DNA from: a candidate division WOR_3 bacterium SM23_42
GTDB lineage: Bacteria; Hydrothermota; Tepidihabitantia; SM23-42
Length of the DNA: 64,000 nucleotides
NCBI GenBank assembly: GCA_001303785.1
Contig: LJUJ01000010.1
Coordinates: forward strand, 6,765 to 70,764
Direction: 5' to 3'
The translations under genes were made by a program, and so were the position numbers. This document shows, in pieces, positions 10,017 to 17,561 of the stretch (position 1 is the stretch's first letter; each line of letters begins with the position of its first letter). The notes under the pieces were generated by a model, which saw only the letters and a program-made list of their open reading frames with translations, was not told the DNA's origin and made no database searches.

Positions 10017-10853
10017 CTACTGCTCTACCAGCTCGACACGTCGATTCTTTGCGCGACCTTCCTCGGTTTTGTTTGGCGCAGCCGGGCTCAATGGCCCGAC
10101 ACCGTGAGATTTGAGGCGTTTCTTATCGACACCGTATTTTGTGGTGAGAACCTGAAATACCGCTTCGGCGCGACGCTGCGATAAGTCCATGTTAGCATTA
10201 AAAGAACCAACATTATCTGTATGCCCTACGATGTACAAATTTAGTTTGGGGTTCTGTTCGAGCAGATTGGCGATTTCTTTCAAGGTGGGCTCAGACTCAG
10301 GTTTGACATCCGCCTTATTGAAATCAAAGTATATTCCATAAATAGCAACTTTCCCCATTGTCTTGATGTCTTGAGCCATCGATTTAGCATCTGCGACGAT
10401 ATCCTGCGCCATGCGCTTTACCTCAACGATATTAAGGTCGTAGCCTGCGCCATCGTTCCATGTGTGGACGTGAATCCAGGTTGTCATGTCTCCCTTTTCC
10501 ACTCTTAGATAGACATCACTTCGTTCTTCATATATTTTTGCACCACCGATTTTCTGAATCGCATTTGTGAAGTTACGTAGGATTTGTATTTCACTCGGCG
10601 GCTGCGCATCTGAGTTTATGTAGTGGCTTATATAATACCTCTTGCCCTCGACGGTTGTCTCCTCACCTTGTTTGTTGAGGAAATCCATTTGATCGAAATC
10701 TCTCATCTCGCAATCCTGAATATAGAATTCAGGCATCCTTGTTAGAAGGGGATGATCTACGCACCCCTCCGCATCCTCGTCAGCAAAGACAATGTTTACT
10801 AGTAAGATGGATGCGAGACACACACATATTGCCATCCTGTTTCTATATATCAT
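10017..10853 (-). CDS. OmpA-family peptidoglycan-binding protein (DUF4892-like N-terminus)
   Basis: SD AAGGAGG, ATG 10853; GIYFDFNKA, VGHTDNVG..N..LSQRRA, GRAKNRRVE. Confidence 0.9.
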   Translation of the reverse strand: MIYRNRMAICVCLASILLVNIVFADEDAEGCVDHPLLTRMPEFYIQDCEMRDFDQMDFLNKQGEETTVEGKRYYISHYINSDAQPPSEIQILRNFTNAIQKIGGAKIYEERSDVYLRVEKGDMTTWIHVHTWNDGAGYDLNIVEVKRMAQDIVADAKSMAQDIKTMGKVAIYGIYFDFNKADVKPESEPTLKEIANLLEQNPKLNLYIVGHTDNVGSFNANMDLSQRRAEAVFQVLTTKYGVDKKRLKSHGVGPLSPAAPNKTEEGRAKNRRVELVEQ

Positions 10854-10887
10854 AGAATATCCTCCTTTTCGATAAACACTTCGTATG

Positions 10888-11080
10888 GGGGACAGGCATA
10901 ACATTTTTAACCTTTTGGCAGAAGATATCTCTCGTGCGCTTTTTTCTATTGATTAGGAGATGATAAACTGTGTTTCTTTGAAAAATAGAAAAGTCTTTGC
11001 TTGTCCCCATGTCCCACGTCCAAAGGTCGGGATACTCAGTCTAAGGAGCAGAAAACGTTAAAAATGTTATGCCTGTCCCC
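10888..11080. mobile_element. MITE-like element, 193 bp, with perfect 24-bp terminal inverted repeats
   Basis: GGGGACAGGCATAACATTTTTAAC (10888-10911) ... GTTAAAAATGTTATGCCTGTCCCC (11057-11080); no ORF inside. Confidence 0.7.
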
Positions 11081-11088
11081 AAGTTTGT

Positions 11089-11361
11089 TTAGATGATATC
11101 CTTTAATATCGGGCCGAGTTTGTCTTTCACCGCATCAGAAAATTCGTCGGTCCGCACCAAGGTAATGCAACAAATTTTGTTTTCTTTTTTCCAGGGGATG
11201 ACGAATAGCTTGTCACCCGGGCAGATGCCGGCCGCGTCGCGTATTTCTTTTGGCAAGACCATCTGCCCTCGCTCGTCAACGGTGACGAGAGATTCGACCT
11301 TACAGCAGGTTGATTCTTTTTCAGAACTTCCCTTATGCGGTTTAGATTCACTTTTTTTCAT
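11089..11361 (-). CDS. AbrB/MazE/SpoVT-family protein resembling HgcAB-associated protein HgcC
   Basis: SD GGAGGT, ATG 11361; CCKVESLVTVDERGQMVLPKEIR...GDKL...ICCITLV. Confidence 0.85.
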   Translation of the reverse strand: MKKSESKPHKGSSEKESTCCKVESLVTVDERGQMVLPKEIRDAAGICPGDKLFVIPWKKENKICCITLVRTDEFSDAVKDKLGPILKDII

Positions 11362-11439
11362 GCAAATAACCTCCTTTATGTCCTTCACACGATTCAGATA
11401 AATCAGTGTTCTCTGAATAATATATCATATCGTTGAGTC

Positions 11440-11504
11440 TGTCAACCCCCTCCCCATGTGCTCGGATTGGGGAGGGTTGACAAGGAGATATGTGCATTTA
11501 TACT
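11440..11504. promoter_or_regulatory. Back-to-back divergent promoters built on a palindrome
   Basis: TGTCAACCC(CC)TCCCCA...TGGGGAGGGTTGACA (11440-11482); plus strand TTGACA-N16-TATACT (11477-11504) lies 5 nt before ATG 11510. Confidence 0.7.
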
Positions 11505-11509
11505 AATCT

Positions 11510-12913
11510 ATGGTAGTAGCGTTTGCATTTGCACTGATAAGTAGCGATTTCCCGATTAGCACGGCACCTAACTACACCGGGTATCCTTCGGTGTGCTATG
11601 CCAATGACCAATTCTACGTTTTTTGGATTGACCAACGTTACCTTCCGCTGCGTTCCCTTTTCGGAGCTCGTGTTACTACCGACGGTACAGTGCTCGACCC
11701 TGATGGTCGAGAGCTCTACACGGACAGCGCTGGCTATAGTTGTGATGCAGCCTTTGACGGGACGAATTTGCTGGCGGTCACGCGTAATCATTGTTGAACC
11801 CTGGGCGAGATAATAGGAGTGCGGGTCACTCCGGATATGGATACAATAAACTCGTTCGAAATTTGCCCCAAATTTGAAATTCAAACATATCCGTCAGTTG
11901 TCTTTGATGGACAAAACTACATCGTGGTGTGGAGCGACAATAATTTCGGCGGCAATTACTACTACGTTGCGGCTGCGCGGGTCACGCCGGGCGGTGTAGT
12001 ATTGGACACGGGATCCTGCATTACCAGTGGTGTTGGGTCAAGTGAGTATCGGGCAAAAATCGCTTATGACGGAAACCGTTGCCTGGTAGTTTGGCCAAAG
12101 TCAAGCGGGCCGATTTACGGCAGGTTCATTAACAGTAATTGTCAGCCCGAGGGCGATGTCTTCATCATCGGATATGCTCCGGCTGGCGGGCCGAATATTA
12201 CCTTTGATGGGTCCAATTATCTTGTCGTCTGGTATACGGGAACGTATCCCGGGCTTGAATTATATGGTCATCTGGTTTCCCCTCAAGGCGCGCTTGTAGG
12301 CAGCCCGATTAGCATTGCGCATGGAAGCGGCTGTCATAGATGGGCTGATATCGCGTTTGATGGTACGAATTACCTGGTGGTTTGGCAGACTGGTGAGAAC
12401 AATGTTGGCCAGAAGATCTATGGGCAGTTTGTCGGTACGGATGGTTCACTCATAGGCGGTGACTTCATGATATGCGATGATAATTACAGCGAACGCTGGT
12501 GGCCTGCCGTCGCGGTTTCGGATACTAACTTCCTGACGGTCTGGGGTCAAGGATATGCATCTGCATGCAATATCTGGGGGAACGCAGACACACCCGTTAC
12601 TGCCGTAACAGAGGATCCAGGATACACGATACATGATACAGGATTGAACTTAACTGTCCACCCGAACCCATTCTCAACACTGACGACAGTCAGCTTTGGC
12701 ATAGGGCATGGCACAGAGCGTGTAACATTGAAAATCTACGATGCCACGGGTCGTTTAGTCAGACAATGGGACTATCCGACGATAAGACTATCAGACTACG
12801 TCAGTTGGGATGGGACAGACCAAGATAATCGGCAACTGGGTAGTGGTGTTTACTTCCTGAAACTTCAGGTCGGCGATTATGGTGCCACTGAAAAGGTACC
12901 TTTAATACGATAA
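11510..12913 (+). CDS. Secreted repeat (FDGxNYLVVW) protein with FlgD-Ig-type CTD; in-frame TGA at codon 96, candidate selenocysteine
   Basis: ORFs 11510 and 11819 share a frame with a single TGA at 11795-11797; translation reads AFDGTNLLAVTRNHC*TLGEIIGVRVTPD and continues the repeat. Confidence 0.7.
11816..11832 (+). promoter_or_regulatory. Putative bacterial SECIS hairpin
   Basis: GGAGTG-CGGGT-CACTCC stem-loop; stem starts 19 nt and loop 25 nt after the TGA. Confidence 0.55.
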
Positions 12914-13069
12914 TACAGATAGTTACATAATATAATAATTCAGAAGTAGTAAGTAACATCTGAAACTCAATAAGAATGTAGATGGGAAGTTGGCAGTTGC
13001 CGAAATATATCTCAGGGCGAGTATAACCTTTAGACTTTCGATCGTTGAGTCGCTTTTAGCCACCGCAAG

Positions 13070-13122
13070 AGTTAACAAAGTATTGCCCTCCCAAGAGGAT
13101 CTACGACAGGTTGGGTCTGTTA
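13070..13122 (+). repeat. Dispersed 53-bp intergenic repeat, copy 1
   Basis: AGTTAACAAAGTATTGCCCTCCCAAGAGGATCTACGACAGGTTGGGTCTGTTA; near-identical to 38638-38690. Confidence 0.8.
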
Positions 13123-13344
13123 GAAGGCTTTGTGTTCTTCGATAACACCGATGACAAACTGATTACACTGATGCTTTTTGGCTGCTTTTTCTGTCTTCTG
13201 ATATTCTGCCTAGTGGTCTTCCGATGTCCTGATATGTGGTCTTTTAATGACACAACGACATAGTGACATAATGGATGCAAACTGACATGTATCGTGGATA
13301 ATTAGATGGAGAGTAAGGATCTTTCTGTAATTAGATAGCTGTGC

Positions 13345-13974
13345 CTACTCGCGCCGCCAGGTTACACGGAAGTCTCGTGATGCGTCCTCGACTAGGGCGT
13401 TTACGAGTTTGCCATAGGCTCGTTCTGGATCCTCTGCATCAAAACCAAAGCCTCCGCCTTCCCAGATAGTAACATTACCGATCTCGCGCGTTTTGCTCAC
13501 CGATGTGCTCCAAAGGGACGCCCCGGATTCGGTTTCAACCATTTGTGCTTCAAGCGTCGCGTCGACTTCAGCTGAGACCGACATGCCGGCAACAAACAGC
13601 AGCGCAATCGAGATATCCGGCCTCACGTCGGAAATAAACAAATCACCGGTGAAGACAGTTGCCACATCGTATTCTTCGCCAATTGCCTGAAAAGCGGCTT
13701 TGCTCAACTTATCGTGTCCAATTTCCCTAAGTACCTCAGCCACCGTACCCAGGCTAATGATTCTTATCATCTCTTGGTCCCGACGAATTGCCTCAGTGAA
13801 TTTCCTTGTTGTAAAGGGAGCAAGGTCACCTTTTTTATCGCATTCAAAGTCGATGATGCCTACTACTTCATGCTGCTTCAGGTCGATCCTGGGCGGTACC
13901 ATCACCTTACGGCCACAACTGACAAATGTAGCTATCACAACTATAGTGGTCACTACCGAAATTGCTCTTCTCAC
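13345..13974 (-). CDS. Putative lipoprotein (CsgG/TolB-N-like fold possible)
   Basis: SD AGGGAGG, GTG start, lipobox-like FVS-C; conserved-looking VETESGASLWS. Confidence 0.75.
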   Translation of the reverse strand: MRRAISVVTTIVVIATFVSCGRKVMVPPRIDLKQHEVVGIIDFECDKKGDLAPFTTRKFTEAIRRDQEMIRIISLGTVAEVLREIGHDKLSKAAFQAIGEEYDVATVFTGDLFISDVRPDISIALLFVAGMSVSAEVDATLEAQMVETESGASLWSTSVSKTREIGNVTIWEGGGFGFDAEDPERAYGKLVNALVEDASRDFRVTWRRE

Positions 13975-14234
13975 ATTCGCCTCCCTTGTTTGTCTATACT
14001 ATATAGTGGAAGATTGGAGAAGTCAAGACCTGTGCCTGATACACGATTCGTGATGCCAGAAAGGATATCAGGGTATCAGAATAGCAGAATACCAGGGAAG
14101 AAGCGTGCAGCGTAGTGCGTTTGGCGGTTTGCAAAAGCGATTCGTTGTGGACATTCGGTTTCGTAGCTCTACGCTGCGTTTGTCGAAAACGTAAAACGAA
14201 ACCTTATCGTTTTTCGAAACCGATCAACGGGAAT

Positions 14235-14588
14235 TTAGGTGTTGAGGGTTTTTCTTATGTTTTCAAGGCGTTCTTTTGCTTCGGCGGAGCTGATTATACC
14301 CCAGAGTTTCTCGAGTTTGGCACAGGCAAATTCGTCACAATGAGCGCAGTTTTCTACTTTTTTCTCTAAGCCGCAGGCGCGCACCTCGCACTCGTTACAG
14401 AAATTTAGCAGCCGTTTGCCGACGGTGAGACAACCGTCGCAATTAATGTCCTCTATTTTTAACGGGTATTGTTCGGATGACCATTTCTCTACAACTTTTT
14501 GCCTTTCCGCATCATCATCTTTCTGGGTAGCGATGAATGCTGGACAACCGGTACAAACCAATCCACAGTAAGCAATCATTTCCTGCAT
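14235..14588 (-). CDS. DUF3795-domain cysteine-rich protein
   Basis: IAYCGLVCTGCPAFIAT...CDGC...C..C..R.C......NCAHCDEFAC; SD GGAGG before ATG 14588. Confidence 0.85.
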   Translation of the reverse strand: MQEMIAYCGLVCTGCPAFIATQKDDDAERQKVVEKWSSEQYPLKIEDINCDGCLTVGKRLLNFCNECEVRACGLEKKVENCAHCDEFACAKLEKLWGIISSAEAKERLENIRKTLNT

Positions 14589-14619
14589 TTCAATCCTCCC
14601 TTCTCTGTTCCACTGTCTG

Positions 14620-15654
14620 CTACTCAATTATACCAACTTGGCGGATGTGGTCAATAGCCCCGTCGATTTTCTCGTCTAGATCTTCTGGATACCAATGGCC
14701 GATATTGGGTGTAACGATGAACTGGTGCGGTAGCCCTTCAGCCTTGAAGGTCTCAACCATCTTCTCGTGTAAAGGCAAACGTTCATCCATTTCAGTGGTT
14801 ATAAGGGTACCCCGTATGCCGCGATTCTTCGTGTCCCTGATTCTTTCAGCAGTAAAACTCTCTGGCCAATCAGGGCATAAAACGACGAAACCGCGTGCTG
14901 GTATTGTGTTAGATAGGAGAACATCTAGAGCCGCTACTCCACCCGAAGAAAAGCCACCGATTATGACATTTTCTGTATCCACCGGGTATTCATTGACTAC
15001 TTTCTGATACGCACTGGCGATCTCCCTCTTGGCAAGTTCAATGTCTCCATGCCACCAAAATCCATTCATTGAAATGACCTGAGAAGATTGGGGATATGCG
15101 ACAATGAATTCTTTCCGCATTTGTTGCGAATTCCAGCGGTCTTTAAATAGCTCGATATTTTCACCGCCGCCGTGAAGCGTAATGAAGAGCGGATAGGTTT
15201 TTTTTGGTTCAAAGTCTTCCGGCGTCACAACGAGGAGATCGGGTTTAGCTTTTTTCTGTGCTTCCTGCTTTAGAGCTTCACACTGGTCCCGGATATCCTG
15301 AAAACCTTTTTTCTCTCTGAGGGGCGCCCAAGGTTCAGGTTCGAAAGCCAACAGAGAGAACCACAAGCCGCGATCCAGGGCGTACTGTAAAGCATCAATA
15401 CCTTTGTCGTATTGACCCAAACGCACATACAGCAAAGCCAGATTATATGAGTTATTAAACAGGTAATCGGGAAATTTCTCGCGTGCCCACAGCAACAGGT
15501 CGACGGCTTCCTCATATTTTTCCTTCTCGTAGAGTTCACCAAGATGTTTTCGCATATCCTGATAAGTAGTGAAAGACTTGTCATATTCTTGCGTGGAATA
15601 TGCGATACCCACAAGGCACGCGATACATAGGAAAAGCGATGTGTTCATGCTCAT
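14620..15654 (-). CDS. TPR plus alpha/beta-hydrolase (esterase/dienelactone-hydrolase-like) exported protein
   Basis: YNLA TPR-like N-half; LHGGG, GFSSGG nucleophile elbow, GH. Confidence 0.8.
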   Translation of the reverse strand: MSMNTSLFLCIACLVGIAYSTQEYDKSFTTYQDMRKHLGELYEKEKYEEAVDLLLWAREKFPDYLFNNSYNLALLYVRLGQYDKGIDALQYALDRGLWFSLLAFEPEPWAPLREKKGFQDIRDQCEALKQEAQKKAKPDLLVVTPEDFEPKKTYPLFITLHGGGENIELFKDRWNSQQMRKEFIVAYPQSSQVISMNGFWWHGDIELAKREIASAYQKVVNEYPVDTENVIIGGFSSGGVAALDVLLSNTIPARGFVVLCPDWPESFTAERIRDTKNRGIRGTLITTEMDERLPLHEKMVETFKAEGLPHQFIVTPNIGHWYPEDLDEKIDGAIDHIRQVGIIE

Positions 15655-17531
15655 TTCTCTCCTAGGTTATACGCCATTACTCTGTTATCGAAAAAAGTTG
15701 GAATGATGAGAAGGTCTCTGTCTGTGATATATTCGAAATCTGCACAATAGATACCAGGAACTGATAGATCGAGAATCTTCGTAACGTCGCCAGAGGGTGT
15801 GATTCTAAATACTCTTCCCTGCCAATGTGAGACTAGATAATTGCCGTCTTTATTGATTTTAATGCCATCGATGAAGCCTGGCCCCAGATTGGCAATCTTG
15901 CGGACTTCTTTTGTGGCCAAGTCGACGGATTTAAGGCAGTAATCACCGCTGTTACCGAAGATGAGCATATTGCCTTGAATGAGTATGGCGTTTGGATCAT
16001 TCACATCTTCGCCGACAAACCATTCCTCAGACTGATCATCAAATACTCTATAGATAACATTCTTACGTGAGTCAGAGACGTAAATGCCGCCTTCACGATC
16101 AACGGCGATGTCGTTAAGCAGCCCGGATTGGGGAATAGGGTGTCGATTTGTTATTGTACCAACTTCTAAGTCGATTTCTACAACTCCTCCTCGTTCGACT
16201 ACGAGAAGCTTGTCTTCGTGAATTATCATGCCAAGCGGATTCTTCAACCCGGCAACCCAGTCTGCATTTCTTATCTTACCATCCATGGAGACCCGTGAGA
16301 TCGACTGCTGTCCTTCGTGTCTGTCGAAATTGTAGATATCGTAGTTTGATACGTAGAGCATGTCTCTGACCGAATCATACACAACAGATTCAGGTATCTT
16401 GAAGTCCACGGTTGATTCCCAGGCTTTTTCCACGCCTTCGTATTCAAAAACTGCGTCACCGTCCTGAACCATGAAACCCCAACCGCCGAAGGCTTCGGCA
16501 ACTAGCAAGAGTATTTCGTTCTCGCCTTTTTCTAGCGGCAAGTACAAATTATCAAAGAAGCCAACGATACCCGCAAAGGATGGATCGCGTGATTGATAAG
16601 CGCTGTTACCGATGAAATAAGGCTCGCCATTGAGGAAAATGCTCACCGCATCGCTGTATCCGAACCTGAAATCCAGTATTCTTTCTTTGCCTGTGATAAC
16701 AGTCGTTCTTGCCAGGATACAATCTGGTTGTCGACCAAGCCTTCCTGTGTAGCGGGCTACATCAACGAGACCGGATGGGTCACTACTGACATCCTGCCAT
16801 TCGATTTGCGAAAGGAGTTCTTTGTCTGGATATTGCTCCAAATCGATGTCGTTGAGTTTGAATGGCTGTGATATTTGCCATTCGGTCATTATACCTGGTA
16901 CGGTATCGACCAAAGGGGGCGGATCGAAATCCAGGTCATCGGTGATTTCATATTTGAAATTCGAAAAATAGGCAGTGCCATCAGCCATGAGTCCGATTGT
17001 ACCTTTGCGCTGTCCGTGCCTGAGTTCGTGGATGACTAATGTGGGCTGTTCTGTATTGTCCACATACACACGGGCTTGTTGCCCAAGAATCTCCATCTTG
17101 ATGTGTACCCATTGGTTCGGTGGGAAATCTACTGCAGCGGTGAAGCCCTCACCGTTGTACAACTGCCAACTTGTAATACCGTTACTGACTGGCGTATATT
17201 GAAGAGCGTCCGGATATAGACTCGCTCGGTGTGAACGTATGTAGAATCTTTCAAAGTTTTCCTCAGACTGCATCCGGAACACGATGCCTGGATAGGAGCG
17301 CACTTTGTGACCGGTCACTGCAATATCGATTTCGATTATGCCATTCTCAAACTCTATGTCTTTGAGATAAGCATATCCGACAAAACTCTTTCTGCCGAGG
17401 TGCTCGGTTACTTGGCCATTTTGAATAACCCATTGGTCAGATTCGAAATCGAAGATGTCATCTTGAGCAGATGCGTTCGTTGTGAGAATCAATGAACCCA
17501 GAAAGATTACTGTGATTGTTTTCTCTCTCAT
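15651..17531 (-). CDS. Exported multidomain protein: DUF1080/ConA-like, beta-sandwich and SMP-30/gluconolactonase beta-propeller
   Basis: Signal peptide; NGIIEIDI..GIVFR; PESVVYD, LNDIAVD..G.IYVSDS, DGI. Confidence 0.75.
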   Translation of the reverse strand: MREKTITVIFLGSLILTTNASAQDDIFDFESDQWVIQNGQVTEHLGRKSFVGYAYLKDIEFENGIIEIDIAVTGHKVRSYPGIVFRMQSEENFERFYIRSHRASLYPDALQYTPVSNGITSWQLYNGEGFTAAVDFPPNQWVHIKMEILGQQARVYVDNTEQPTLVIHELRHGQRKGTIGLMADGTAYFSNFKYEITDDLDFDPPPLVDTVPGIMTEWQISQPFKLNDIDLEQYPDKELLSQIEWQDVSSDPSGLVDVARYTGRLGRQPDCILARTTVITGKERILDFRFGYSDAVSIFLNGEPYFIGNSAYQSRDPSFAGIVGFFDNLYLPLEKGENEILLLVAEAFGGWGFMVQDGDAVFEYEGVEKAWESTVDFKIPESVVYDSVRDMLYVSNYDIYNFDRHEGQQSISRVSMDGKIRNADWVAGLKNPLGMIIHEDKLLVVERGGVVEIDLEVGTITNRHPIPQSGLLNDIAVDREGGIYVSDSRKNVIYRVFDDQSEEWFVGEDVNDPNAILIQGNMLIFGNSGDYCLKSVDLATKEVRKIANLGPGFIDGIKINKDGNYLVSHWQGRVFRITPSGDVTKILDLSVPGIYCADFEYITDRDLLIIPTFFDNRVMAYNLGEK

Positions 17532-17561
17532 GAAAGCGTCTCCTATGATGAAGGGACTGGC

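Noticed and set aside
11089-11361. Mercury-methylation capacity
   Set aside because: No hgcA cap-helix motif or hgcB ferredoxin in the window; an HgcC-like gene alone is not evidence
14106-14178. Integron attC site (GCAGCGTAG...CTACGCTGC inverted repeat)
   Set aside because: No RYYYAAC/GTTRRRY core sites, and no integrase in the window
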